Below the pieces are notes generated by a model. That model made no database searches and was not told the DNA's origin. It saw only the letters and a program-made list of their open reading frames with translations. A stretch of 64,000 nt of DNA from a bacterium (GTDB lineage: Bacteria > Patescibacteriota > Minisyncoccia > Phycocordibacterales > UBA9973), in the NCBI GenBank assembly GCA_037127795.1, contig JBAXXQ010000001.1:515687-579686 (forward strand), written 5' to 3'. The first letter of the stretch is position 1; every line of letters begins with the position of its first letter. The translations under genes and the position numbers were made by a program. Shown in pieces: positions 10,439 to 20,415 of the stretch.

Positions 10439-10750
10439 TTATTTCTTCTTTTTAGGAGCATCTTTACGTTTTACTGTAGGAGATTTTTTAGAAAGTGAAT
10501 TTCTTTTCTTTCCTTCAACAATACCTTGCTTCACGAGCATATTGTGAGCAGTATCTGAAAGTTGCACTCCGTGTGAGAGCCAGTGTTTGATACGGTCAGC
10601 CTTGAGATCAACCTTATCTGATTTTACTGTATATGCTCCAAGTACTTCCAAAAACTTACCACTTTGTGGGCCATTTTTTGATTCTGTAACAACGAGGCGG
10701 AATGCCGCTTCGTTCTTTCTTCCTATGCGTTGTAGTCTTATTTTCAACAT
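10439..10750 (-). CDS. rpsP: 30S ribosomal protein S16
   Basis: MLKIRLQRIGRKNEAAFRLVV...GKFLEVLGAY; start moved to 10750. Confidence 0.97.
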   Translation of the reverse strand: MLKIRLQRIGRKNEAAFRLVVTESKNGPQSGKFLEVLGAYTVKSDKVDLKADRIKHWLSHGVQLSDTAHNMLVKQGIVEGKKRNSLSKKSPTVKRKDAPKKKK

Positions 10751-10799
10751 GTCTGGAGATAATAGCAAATACTCATAATATAGTCAATACGACATAAGA

Positions 10800-10833
10800 A
10801 AAGCCCGAAATCGTAAAAACGATTTCGGGCTTT
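10800..10833. terminator. intrinsic terminator
   Basis: AAAGCCCGAAATCGT-AAAA-ACGATTTCGGGCTTT perfect inverted repeat after the lipoprotein gene. Confidence 0.85.
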
Positions 10834-10844
10834 ATATCTTTAAT

Positions 10845-11906
10845 CTATTTAAAAATTATAGAATTAAAGGTTCCAAATTCACTATAACCATTATCATTCC
10901 AAATATTCTTATTTTGGTTTAATAATGATATCTGTGTATTTGTTTGTGTATCACTCCAAACAAAAGTAGACCAATCACCGGCCTGAGCAGTAATATTGGG
11001 AATATTAGAATTATCCATACTTCCAACATATGCTGAAAATATAATATATCTATATCCTCCAGCAGGTACTATTAAATTAGCAAAATTAAACAGTACATCA
11101 CCTCCAGCATTAGACGGCATTTGAGCAGTACCAAGCAATACACCAGCTTCATCACGAGCGTAGATAGTCTTGTTTTGTGAATCAAAAGACAAGAAATGAG
11201 AACTTATAAGTATCGGCATACTTGAAATCTTACAATTACCCGCTATGTCGCTTGAACATTGCAAAGCTAAGAATTCCACTAAACCAACCCTAACAGGTCC
11301 AATACTTCCCGCTGGATAACCAGTAACTGGAGCTAAATAAGGTACTGTATATAACAATACGTTTTTAGCTGTTGTTAACTTTGGATTCAAAACACCATAC
11401 CTTGAATCTTTTTCTGAAAAATACGTAATCTCAGAAACAGATATAGCAACTTCTGTACCTGACGGTACATCAGCACTTATTCCTGCCAAAGAAACACCTA
11501 CATCAATACTAGAACCACCTGAACCAGGAGACACAGAAAAGTCACCAATGAAAGTTACCTTACCATCTTGTACAGACTTGGTAACAGACAATGCTGTTCC
11601 GCCACCCCAGTAATACCCCTGATCTAAAGACATGGCAGTGACAGCCTTCTTAGACAAAGACACAACATCAAATGTAATGCTCTTGATGTGTACCACATAA
11701 TCCTGTGTTTCAAATGTTAATTGAAACCCTGGCCCTCTCGAAATTCCAGTACTTCTACATGGAACTAAAAACGGTCTAGGAGATGAATGGTCAAACATAC
11801 TCACCTTTAGTCCTTGTGTTGTCGGTACATCATTGACCGACTTGGAACAAGAAAACAACATAACTACAGCGCAAAAGGCTGTCAAAGAACTGAAAATTCG
11901 CTTCAT
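10845..11906 (-). CDS. putative lipoprotein, beta-rich, unknown function
   Basis: Signal peptide MKRIFSSLTAFCAVVMLFS-C-SKS (lipobox); own TTGACA promoter 11977-11950 and terminator. Confidence 0.75.
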   Translation of the reverse strand: MKRIFSSLTAFCAVVMLFSCSKSVNDVPTTQGLKVSMFDHSSPRPFLVPCRSTGISRGPGFQLTFETQDYVVHIKSITFDVVSLSKKAVTAMSLDQGYYWGGGTALSVTKSVQDGKVTFIGDFSVSPGSGGSSIDVGVSLAGISADVPSGTEVAISVSEITYFSEKDSRYGVLNPKLTTAKNVLLYTVPYLAPVTGYPAGSIGPVRVGLVEFLALQCSSDIAGNCKISSMPILISSHFLSFDSQNKTIYARDEAGVLLGTAQMPSNAGGDVLFNFANLIVPAGGYRYIIFSAYVGSMDNSNIPNITAQAGDWSTFVWSDTQTNTQISLLNQNKNIWNDNGYSEFGTFNSIIFK

Positions 11907-12021
11907 AAATTAAATGAATTAAATGTAAAAAAATAAAAAATCCGTATGAACCCTAGCATATTATAAAATTTTGTCAACTACATTCTCGTTTTTATACTAT
12001 TTATATGCTACAGTTATATAC

Positions 12022-13944
12022 ATGCAACCAATACAACCTACTATAGGAGAAACGTTTGAAGGTACTATTAATATTTCAGGAAAAGGGGTCGGGTACGTGA
12101 AGATTCGTGAATCAGGATTCACCATAGAAATCCCTCGCGAAGGCCTCAACAAAGCATTCCCCGGTGATACTGTGGAAGCAAAAATAGTCAGCACTCTCAA
12201 TGGCGAAAATCCACAAGGAATTGTCGTATCTATCCCCCGTCGTGCAAAAGTCGGCTACAGTGGGACACTCTCTATAGACAATGGCGCACACTGTCTCATC
12301 CACAACGACTCTCGTATCTACACTAATATCAATATTGCAAAAGACAAGCTCAATGGCGCAAATCCTGGCGACAAAGTATTCTGTGCAATTACAGATTGGG
12401 CAGATCCTATGGCAGTACCAAACGGCGAAATTGTTCGTGTTCTCGGAAAGCCATTAGAAAATGATGCAGAGATGCTTTCTCTCGCACTTGAAAAAGGTTT
12501 TGACGATAGCTACCCCGAAGATGTCATCGCTGAAGCAAAAAAAATACATGAACACGGTATCACCGAAGAAGAAAAGCAAAGTCGCAAAGATTTTCGTACT
12601 ACTACTACATTTACTATAGACCCTGCAGATGCAAAAGATTTTGATGATGCTATTTCTGTAAAATTTTTGGAAAATGGTAATACTGAAGTTGGTATACATA
12701 TCGCAGATGTGTCTCATTATGTTACCCCTGGAAGCGCACTCGATGGCGAAGCATATCGCCGTGCGACTAGTGTATATCTCGTAGACCGTACTATCCCTAT
12801 GCTCCCAGAAGTACTCTCAAACGAGCTTTGTAGTCTCAATCCAGATGTCGATCGTCTCACTATGAGTGCGGTATTTGTATTTGATAAAAACAACACCATT
12901 GTAGATGAATGGTATGGAAAGACTGTGATCCGCTCACACTACCGATTCACCTATGAAAGTGCGCAAGAAGTACTCGACAAAAAAGAAGGTCCATACTACA
13001 CCGAACTTGCAGCAGCCCTCGCTATTTCAAAAGTATTAGAAAAAGAGCGTTTTGCAAATGGCGCTATCTCTATCGATAGTGAAGAAGTAAAATTCAAACT
13101 TGATGAAAAAGGTGTCCCTATTGGTGTCTATATAAAAACTCGTGGCGATACTCACCACATGATTGAAGAATTGATGTTGCTCGCAAACCGCAAAGTAGCA
13201 GAATCTATTACCAAAGAAGCAAATCGTGTATTCGTATATCGTATTCACGCCCGCCCTGATGTAGATCGTATGGGAGATTTGTATATGTTTTTGAAACGTC
13301 TTGGATACAATGTTCCACGAGATGAAGACGGTATTATCCCTTCAAGTGAAATAAACAAACTTCTCAAATCTCTCGAAGGAAAACCAGAAAAAGAAACTAT
13401 TCAAACAGCTATTGCACGCTCAATGGCAAAAGCTATTTATTCTACAAAAAATATTGGTCACTACGGACTCGCATTTGAGTTTTATACACACTTCACCTCT
13501 CCTATTCGTCGCTACCCAGACACTATCGTACACCGCCTTCTCACCGAATATCTCAATGGCGGCACTATCAAACAAGAGCACTGGGATTATTACGACAAAG
13601 TATGTGCTCACTCATCAATACGAGAAAAAGAAGCAACAGACGCCGAGCGCGCATCTATCAAATACAAACAAACAGAATACATGAGCTATCGTATTGGACA
13701 AAAGTTCAATGGGACCGTCACCGGTATTTCTCCAAATGGTATTTTCGTTGAAGAAAAAGAAAGTAAATGCGAAGGTATGATTCGCCTCCGCGATCTCGGC
13801 GCAGACTATTTTGAATATAATGAAAAACAGCTCGCTATCATTGGTAAGCGTACTGGCAAAGAATTCCGTATCGGAGATCCTGTATCGTTCAAAGTCGCCG
13901 CAACCGACCTCAACAAACGCGTCATTGATTACATCTTAGTATAA
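12022..13944 (+). CDS. rnr: ribonuclease R
   Basis: RNB motifs TIDPADAKDFDDA and YTHFTSPIRRYPD, C-terminal S1 domain; ATG 12022 lies 7 nt after TACAGT. Confidence 0.96.
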   Translation: MQPIQPTIGETFEGTINISGKGVGYVKIRESGFTIEIPREGLNKAFPGDTVEAKIVSTLNGENPQGIVVSIPRRAKVGYSGTLSIDNGAHCLIHNDSRIYTNINIAKDKLNGANPGDKVFCAITDWADPMAVPNGEIVRVLGKPLENDAEMLSLALEKGFDDSYPEDVIAEAKKIHEHGITEEEKQSRKDFRTTTTFTIDPADAKDFDDAISVKFLENGNTEVGIHIADVSHYVTPGSALDGEAYRRATSVYLVDRTIPMLPEVLSNELCSLNPDVDRLTMSAVFVFDKNNTIVDEWYGKTVIRSHYRFTYESAQEVLDKKEGPYYTELAAALAISKVLEKERFANGAISIDSEEVKFKLDEKGVPIGVYIKTRGDTHHMIEELMLLANRKVAESITKEANRVFVYRIHARPDVDRMGDLYMFLKRLGYNVPRDEDGIIPSSEINKLLKSLEGKPEKETIQTAIARSMAKAIYSTKNIGHYGLAFEFYTHFTSPIRRYPDTIVHRLLTEYLNGGTIKQEHWDYYDKVCAHSSIREKEATDAERASIKYKQTEYMSYRIGQKFNGTVTGISPNGIFVEEKESKCEGMIRLRDLGADYFEYNEKQLAIIGKRTGKEFRIGDPVSFKVAATDLNKRVIDYILV

Positions 13945-13952
13945 ATAAAATA

Positions 13953-13982
13953 AAAAAAGTCTCTACGAAAGAGACTTTTTTT
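13953..13982. terminator. bidirectional intrinsic terminator
   Basis: AAAAAAGTCTCT-ACGAA-AGAGACTTTTTT between convergent genes. Confidence 0.8.
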
Positions 13983-13985
13983 AAA

Positions 13986-14366
13986 TCATGAGAACATAAC
14001 TTCTCCTCGGCATGATTTCATAACAGATTCTTGCCAGGCACGTTCTTTTTTTTCGAATTGATAGGTGTCATAGGCTTTGGACACCTCAGTTGCGCCTACT
14101 ATCAAGCGACCTTTTTCTTTATATATATCTCTAAGACGTTTACGAGAAATAATTTCCCCTTTTTCGTCAAAGGTATACACAATAGATTGATTAACCCCCA
14201 CCTCAAAATCCTCATTAAAAGAGCACCCGATTGTTTTTGAGTCTGGGAATCTGTCGTACTGAGATTCTTTTGCTTGTCCATTTGGATACAATCCCATATA
14301 GGAACAAGTACCGCCATTAAAAATAAGATTAAGGAGCACATCAATAAAAAATCGTATTCTTTTCAT
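13986..14366 (-). CDS. hypothetical protein (monocistronic accessory cassette)
   Basis: 126 aa ORF; TTGACA-16-TATTAT promoter, ATG 17 nt after the -10 box. Confidence 0.7.
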   Translation of the reverse strand: MKRIRFFIDVLLNLIFNGGTCSYMGLYPNGQAKESQYDRFPDSKTIGCSFNEDFEVGVNQSIVYTFDEKGEIISRKRLRDIYKEKGRLIVGATEVSKAYDTYQFEKKERAWQESVMKSCRGEVMFS

Positions 14367-14465
14367 ATATTTTATTTTTCAAAATAATACCGTAAGATAA
14401 AATATTGTCAAAATGCCGTATATTGGCTTTTTTTAGGGTTTATGCTAGAATAGATACGTTTCGTT

Positions 14466-14687
14466 ATGGCACACACACTATCTATCATTCAAATAATAAG
14501 CGCAATCGCCCTCGTCGGTTTGGTTTTACTCCAAAGAACACAAGGTGATATGGGTGGCTCATCAAGTGAGGGCTCATTCATGCAAACCCGCCGTGGAGCA
14601 GAAAAATTCCTCTTTTTCACTACAATAATTGTAGCGCTTATTTTTGTTGGTACGAGTATCGGTATTATCCTTGTTTTACACAAGTAA
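14466..14687 (+). CDS. secG: preprotein translocase subunit SecG
   Basis: Two TM helices, LVLLQ...GGS...TRRGAEKFLF pattern. Confidence 0.9.
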   Translation: MAHTLSIIQIISAIALVGLVLLQRTQGDMGGSSSEGSFMQTRRGAEKFLFFTTIIVALIFVGTSIGIILVLHK

Positions 14688-14771
14688 TACTTCTATATTT
14701 TTATAGTTTGTCTCTAAACGATTGTATATAGCTCACGCAATACTTTATTTACCTATTTTAATTTACAAATT

Positions 14772-16646
14772 ATGGAACAAACACAACAACCTGTTGCAGG
14801 AAATGCAACACCACAATCTCCTTACAAAAAACCTTTTACAAAGAAGAGATCTTTTAATAACAATCGAAAACAATTTGCTCGTCGCCCTGCGCATCCACCA
14901 GTAAACATTCATGAAATTGGCCTTGCACCAGTAGAACGCAAAACAGCACACATCCCAGATGTACTTCCTGGTGTTATTCGTATTATCCCTCTTGGTGGCG
15001 TAGAAGAAATCGGAAAAAACATGACCGCTATCGAAATTGGTGACGATATTATCGTTATCGATGCTGGTATGTACTTTGCTACTGGAGAAACACCTGGTAT
15101 CGACTACATCATCCCTAATACTCGCTACCTCGAAGAGCGCAAAGACAAAATCCGTGCACTTATCGTAACGCACGGTCACTTAGATCACATCGGAGGAGTA
15201 CCGCTTGTACTTTCACGTATCGGCAATCCACCAGTATATTCTCGCAACCTTACTGTACTTATGATGCGCAAGCGTCAAGCAGAATTCCCCTACTTACCAG
15301 CACTCAATGCTATCAATGTAGAAAAAGATGAAGTTATCACTATTGGTAAAATCAAAGTGAAATTCTGGGGTGTGACTCACACTATCCCTGATTCTATGGG
15401 TATAATGATAGAAACTCCTTGGGGAAATATTGTAAACCCTGGAGACTACAAGCTCGATCAAGTAGATGGTATAGTAAGTCCGGCCGAAGAAAAAGAATAT
15501 AAGATTTTTGATACAACAAAAACACTTCTTTTGATGACAGACTCAACAAACATCGAAAACGAAGGGTTTGCTATGCCTGAAATACGCGTACACGAAGGTA
15601 TCGAAAGTATTCTTCGCCGAGAAAAAAACAATCGTATTTTCATGGCAGCATTTGCCTCTCACATCACTCGTCTTATAAAGGTTATTGAAATCGCAGAAAA
15701 GATGGGTAAAAAAGTTGTTCTCGAAGGACGTTCAATGAAAGCAAACATTGAAATCATCCTCCAAGCAGGACTTTTGAAAATAGACAAAGGTACTATCATT
15801 TCAGCAGATGATATCGACAAATATCCACCAGATAGAATCCTCGTACTTATTACAGGTGCACAAGGTGAAGAATTTGGCGGGCTCAACCGTCTCGCACAAA
15901 AGAGTAACAAAAAACTTACTCTCAAAAAAGGTGACCGTGTTATCCTTTCAGCATCAGTGATCCCTGGTAACGAACGTGCCGTACAAAAAATGAAAGACGG
16001 TCTCTCACGCCAAGGAGTAAAGATTATTTCATATCGTACTCCTGGAGAAGAAGTAGTTCATGCGACAGGTCATGGAAACAAAGAAGATATCAAATGGCTA
16101 CACCGCAAGGTAAATGAAAAATTCTTTATTCCAATTCACGGTCACCACTACCACCTTGAGCTCCACAAAGAGCTTGCTATGGAGATTGGTATTCCTGAAG
16201 AAAATATTGTAGTACCAGACAACGGTACTATTATCGAGATCACAGACAATGGTACAAAGATTGGTATTCGCAAAGAAAAAGCACCATCAAATCCAATGAT
16301 TGTAGATGGATTCTCAGTGGGTGACGAACAAAACGTAGTCCTCCGCGATAGACAACTCCTCTCAGAAGACGGTATGTTTGTTATTATTGCGACAGTTGAC
16401 CAAAAGACTGGTATCCTCCGCAAATCTCCAGATATTATCTCTCGTGGATTCGTATATCTCAAAGAAAGCCAAGATCTTCTTCGCCAAACTCGTATTTATA
16501 TCAAAAAGACTGTTGAAACATCTTTCCAAAAAGGAAATGTAGATATGGATCGTTTGAAAAACGACGTCGCAGAAGGAGTTTCAAAATACTTACTCCAAAA
16601 AACAGCAAAGCGCCCACTAGTAATTCCTGTGATTCTTACGGTATAA
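14772..16646 (+). CDS. rnj: ribonuclease J
   Basis: PLGGVEEIGKNM, THGHLDHIG metallo-beta-lactamase motif, HATGHG, PDIISRGFVY. Confidence 0.96.
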   Translation: MEQTQQPVAGNATPQSPYKKPFTKKRSFNNNRKQFARRPAHPPVNIHEIGLAPVERKTAHIPDVLPGVIRIIPLGGVEEIGKNMTAIEIGDDIIVIDAGMYFATGETPGIDYIIPNTRYLEERKDKIRALIVTHGHLDHIGGVPLVLSRIGNPPVYSRNLTVLMMRKRQAEFPYLPALNAINVEKDEVITIGKIKVKFWGVTHTIPDSMGIMIETPWGNIVNPGDYKLDQVDGIVSPAEEKEYKIFDTTKTLLLMTDSTNIENEGFAMPEIRVHEGIESILRREKNNRIFMAAFASHITRLIKVIEIAEKMGKKVVLEGRSMKANIEIILQAGLLKIDKGTIISADDIDKYPPDRILVLITGAQGEEFGGLNRLAQKSNKKLTLKKGDRVILSASVIPGNERAVQKMKDGLSRQGVKIISYRTPGEEVVHATGHGNKEDIKWLHRKVNEKFFIPIHGHHYHLELHKELAMEIGIPEENIVVPDNGTIIEITDNGTKIGIRKEKAPSNPMIVDGFSVGDEQNVVLRDRQLLSEDGMFVIIATVDQKTGILRKSPDIISRGFVYLKESQDLLRQTRIYIKKTVETSFQKGNVDMDRLKNDVAEGVSKYLLQKTAKRPLVIPVILTV

Positions 16647-16653
16647 TAACCGA

Positions 16654-17787
16654 ATGAAACCACTGAAAACACTTTTCCTCGCTTCAATATTATTTTCATT
16701 GCACGCAGCATTACTCGCTTACATACATTCAAGTATGTTGACGAGTTTTGTTTCTGAGTCAGCTATTGGGTTGTATTTCACTTGTGCAAGTATTGTTGCA
16801 CTCGTATTGCTTTTTGTAGCACCCAAATTGGAGCGCGCCTTTGGTGCATACAAAATACTTACGACAACACTCCTAGTATCTAGTACTTCATTGGTCATTT
16901 TAGGTACAACTCATCACAGAATAGGAAGCTTTATTTTTGTACTATATTTTGCACTCAATACTATCGTCTGGTACAACTTCAATTTACTTATTGAGCACTT
17001 TGCGCTCACACGTACCATGGGAAGTTTGCGTGGATTATATTTATCGCTTACCAATTTTACCTGGATCGGCGCACCAATCATTGCTGGATATATTGTAAGT
17101 ATCGGTGGAGTACAACGGCCATATATTTTTGCAGCTGTACCTGTATTTCTTTCTGCAGTACTTTTGTTGATGCACAAAACACTCGGCTCACGTGAGCGTG
17201 ATACCAAGTCACACAATATTAGTGAAGCTGTTGCACTTCTCAAGCAACACAAGCCATTACAAAAAATTCTTTCTATCACATGGATACTTCAAATTTTTTA
17301 TGCATTGATGTCGCTCTTTATGGCGCCGTATTTACAAAGTCTTGGATTCTCTTGGGGGCAAATAGGAATTATTTTTTCTATCATGCTTGTACCATTTGTA
17401 CTTTTTGAATTCCCTGTTGGTAGATATCTCGACACCCATAGAAATGAAAAACACCTTCTCGTGTTTGCGTTAGCACTTATGGCATTTACTGTTGTATTAC
17501 TCCTCGCACCATTGAGTACTAGTATGTGGTATTTTGCATTTGTACTTTTTGTCAGTCGCATCGGCGCAAGTATTGTAGAAGTGACTACTGATAGTTATTT
17601 TTTCAGACATATCCAAGATACTGCAGTAGGACTTGCAAGTCTATATCAGAGCGCATTACCACTCGCATATCTCATTGCACCACTCGTAGGAGGTATTATA
17701 TTTAGCTTTGGAGGGTTCCACTTATTACTTACCGTATTTTGCGCAATCATGCTCGCAAGTGCATTATACGCATTCACTATAGAGTAA
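16654..17787 (+). CDS. MFS transporter
   Basis: About 12 hydrophobic segments in 377 aa, MFS-like loops (GRYLD). Confidence 0.8.
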   Translation: MKPLKTLFLASILFSLHAALLAYIHSSMLTSFVSESAIGLYFTCASIVALVLLFVAPKLERAFGAYKILTTTLLVSSTSLVILGTTHHRIGSFIFVLYFALNTIVWYNFNLLIEHFALTRTMGSLRGLYLSLTNFTWIGAPIIAGYIVSIGGVQRPYIFAAVPVFLSAVLLLMHKTLGSRERDTKSHNISEAVALLKQHKPLQKILSITWILQIFYALMSLFMAPYLQSLGFSWGQIGIIFSIMLVPFVLFEFPVGRYLDTHRNEKHLLVFALALMAFTVVLLLAPLSTSMWYFAFVLFVSRIGASIVEVTTDSYFFRHIQDTAVGLASLYQSALPLAYLIAPLVGGIIFSFGGFHLLLTVFCAIMLASALYAFTIE

Positions 17788-17908
17788 AAAAAGGGCCGCC
17801 TATACAGACGACCCCTCCCTTTTAAAACATGGAAAAGTTTGCTTACTAATTCCGCATTGCACCCCATTAAATGGAGTTATTTTAAAGCTCCAATGAGCTA
17901 TTTTTCTA
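17786..17908 (-). ncRNA. candidate ~120-nt small RNA
   Basis: TTGACA-17-TATGAT promoter with TG extension (17942-17914) and a minus-strand terminator GGGTCGTCT-GTAT-AGGCGGCCC-T7; only 2-3 codon ORFs are complete between them. Confidence 0.55.
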
Positions 17909-17961
17909 AATATATCATAGCAAATATATAGATATTTGTCAATGATATAAAATATCCTTAT

Positions 17962-19089
17962 TTATGAGGCTTTTTCGAGTACTACTTTTACATCTTTTTC
18001 TATATCACCACGAATGATATGAAATATACATTTTTGTCCTACTTTCTTTTGTCGGATGATTCCTGCGAAGTCGGTATTGATAGTGAGCGTTGTACCATCT
18101 ATTTTTGTAATAATATCCCCTGCCATGAGCCCTGCTTTTTGTGCGGGAGAGTTTGGAACTATAGGATCTGACCCATCATCAGTTGCAATCTGTATTCCTT
18201 TTGATACTGGATTAAAATAAATCCCTACATATGGGCGGACAATAGTCCCTGTTTTTTTGACAGAATCAATCACTGTGCGGACACTATTTATAGGAAGTGC
18301 AAACCCAATACTTTGAGACCCTTGCGCAACAGCAACATTGACCCCTACTACCTCTCCACGAAGATTGAGCAACGGTCCGCCAGAATTTCCAGGATTGATC
18401 GGCGCATCTGTTTGGATTACTTTATCAAGAAGCTCAGAAGAATATTCACTCCCCGCAACAATAGAGCGAGCAAGCCCCGATACTACCCCACTTGAAATAG
18501 AATTTTTAAACTGCCCCAATGCAAAGCCAATAGCGACTACTCCTTGCCCAAGCTCGAGATTATCTGAATTGCCGAGTGTTACTGGGGTAAAGTTTTTACC
18601 AGTCACTTGCAACATAGCAATATCAAGTACTGCATCTTTTGCTTTTACTGTTGCCTTATATCTTTTACCAGTACTGGTCACCACCACAAAACTTGCTCCT
18701 TGTATATCTACTACATGGCGATTGGTAAGTACGAGTCCATCACTTGATACAAAGAATCCACTTCCTCCACCGACAACTTGCGTACCAAGCATAGTATCTG
18801 CACTCACTTCAATAGAAACAACACTAGGGTTCACCTTTGATACCACCTCAGGAATAGTCAGATCTGTAGGACCTTTTGGTGTAGTATCTACCGCAGGCGC
18901 AGGAGCAGCGACCTCTTGCACAGTATATTGTGGCGCGGGTACTTGTACGAGTGCGGCAATAGTACTAAAAACTTTTTGTTTGTTTTTGTATACGACAAAA
19001 CCAAGTACTGCAATAGTAGTCACAGAACTAAGTATTCCTACTATCAGCATTGATACAAGTATGCCGCTTTTTTTATTCTGTATTTCCAT
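17962..19089 (-). CDS. htrA: HtrA/DegP-family serine protease with one PDZ domain
   Basis: N-terminal TM, LTNRHVV, TDAPINPGNSGGPL, C-terminal PDZ. Confidence 0.93.
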   Translation of the reverse strand: MEIQNKKSGILVSMLIVGILSSVTTIAVLGFVVYKNKQKVFSTIAALVQVPAPQYTVQEVAAPAPAVDTTPKGPTDLTIPEVVSKVNPSVVSIEVSADTMLGTQVVGGGSGFFVSSDGLVLTNRHVVDIQGASFVVVTSTGKRYKATVKAKDAVLDIAMLQVTGKNFTPVTLGNSDNLELGQGVVAIGFALGQFKNSISSGVVSGLARSIVAGSEYSSELLDKVIQTDAPINPGNSGGPLLNLRGEVVGVNVAVAQGSQSIGFALPINSVRTVIDSVKKTGTIVRPYVGIYFNPVSKGIQIATDDGSDPIVPNSPAQKAGLMAGDIITKIDGTTLTINTDFAGIIRQKKVGQKCIFHIIRGDIEKDVKVVLEKAS

Positions 19090-19098
19090 AGAGCTGTA

Positions 19099-19926
19099 TT
19101 ATACCAAATAATTTCGTCCTTGTTTACGAATAAGATTTTCTGCAATAAGCTCAAGCAAGGCAGTCTCTACTTGATCTTCTTTTTTTATAAAATGCTTCAA
19201 AAGTGCTTGTTTTGTATGGGGTTTTTGGATTAGTAATTTCATAATACCACCACGCACCTGCCGCAAAGATCCATCAAACTTTTTTTGCTTGGTGAACATC
19301 GTACTCTTGGTATGTGTTTTGACACCGATACTCTTGAGATAACTTCCATAATCCATAAGGAGCCAGTACCACACACGAGGGTTTTTTGTATCAATAGTTT
19401 TTTCTACATAAGGCGCGAGTATAGTATCAGAAATTTTTTCTTTTGCATCAGGAAAAAAGTGATGAATAAAAACAGTGCGGATATTTGTTTCAAATAACAC
19501 ACTCGGTATATTGTACGCAAATGCACACACTGCTCTCGCTGTGTATGGACCAATACCCGGAAGTGTACAAAGCCCTTCTATTGTTTTAGGTACGACACCC
19601 TTATAATCTCGCACAATAGCTTGTGCGCATTGATGCAAAAACTTTGCACGTCTGTTGTATCCGAGTCCGCTCCACAAGCGCAATACTTCTGATTGTGGTG
19701 CGCGCGCGAGATCTCCCACTGTCGGAAATGTCTGTATAAATGTCTTATACTTTTCTTCTACACGAGCAACTTGTGTCTGTTGCAACATTATTTCAGAGAC
19801 CAAAATATAGTATGGATTTTTTGTTTTTCGCCATGGCAAATCTCGCAACCCATACGTTATATGGTATTGCGCGAGCGCTTTTGCGAATTTGTGTATATCT
19901 TTTATATCTATAATAACTTTTTCCAT
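19099..19926 (-). CDS. mutY: A/G-specific adenine glycosylase (HhH-GPD), lacking the Fe-S motif
   Basis: RDLPWR, LVSEIMLQQTQV, WSGLGYNRRA, LPGIGPYTA. Confidence 0.9.
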   Translation of the reverse strand: MEKVIIDIKDIHKFAKALAQYHITYGLRDLPWRKTKNPYYILVSEIMLQQTQVARVEEKYKTFIQTFPTVGDLARAPQSEVLRLWSGLGYNRRAKFLHQCAQAIVRDYKGVVPKTIEGLCTLPGIGPYTARAVCAFAYNIPSVLFETNIRTVFIHHFFPDAKEKISDTILAPYVEKTIDTKNPRVWYWLLMDYGSYLKSIGVKTHTKSTMFTKQKKFDGSLRQVRGGIMKLLIQKPHTKQALLKHFIKKEDQVETALLELIAENLIRKQGRNYLV

Positions 19927-19970
19927 GATATACTTCTATGTATACCAATAAATATAAAAAATACAAAATT

Positions 19971-20336
19971 ATGGAAAAGAAAGTAAGTTGTTCAATGTGT
20001 GAAAAAAATTCAGAAAAAAGTGCCTGCTGTGCACAATGGTGCCCAGGTTGCCTCCTCCACAAAATACTTCGTATTTTGATTATAGTAGTAGCTCTCACTG
20101 TAGCATTCTCTTTTGGTGAAAAAGTGGGCATGATACAAGCATGGCTTTTGAATGATTCTAATTTTTACCCACAACAAGGTATGATGTATCGCAATAATGA
20201 CAATTGGGGACGTGGTAATATGATGTATCGTACTGATGTACAACCTCAAATACAAGTAGAGCAAGCTCCTACTACTGCAGCAACTCCAACTACAGCACCT
20301 ACAAAGACTCCTACAAAAACTCCATTAAAGAAATAG
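19971..20336 (+). CDS. hypothetical membrane protein with low-complexity Thr/Pro tail
   Basis: Cys-rich N-terminus, one TM, GMMY repeats; terminator at 20351-20385; start could also be 19938. Confidence 0.7.
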   Translation: MEKKVSCSMCEKNSEKSACCAQWCPGCLLHKILRILIIVVALTVAFSFGEKVGMIQAWLLNDSNFYPQQGMMYRNNDNWGRGNMMYRTDVQPQIQVEQAPTTAATPTTAPTKTPTKTPLKK

Positions 20337-20415
20337 TATATTTTCTCTCTAAAAACCCTCTATCAAAATCTGATGGAGGGTTTTTATAATACTTGATCCA
20401 TAGTATGATATAGCA

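Noticed and set aside
17646-17867. 73-aa minus-strand ORF antisense to the MFS gene
   Set aside because: It reads through a strong same-strand terminator into the MFS coding region, so it is more likely a shadow ORF within a non-coding unit.
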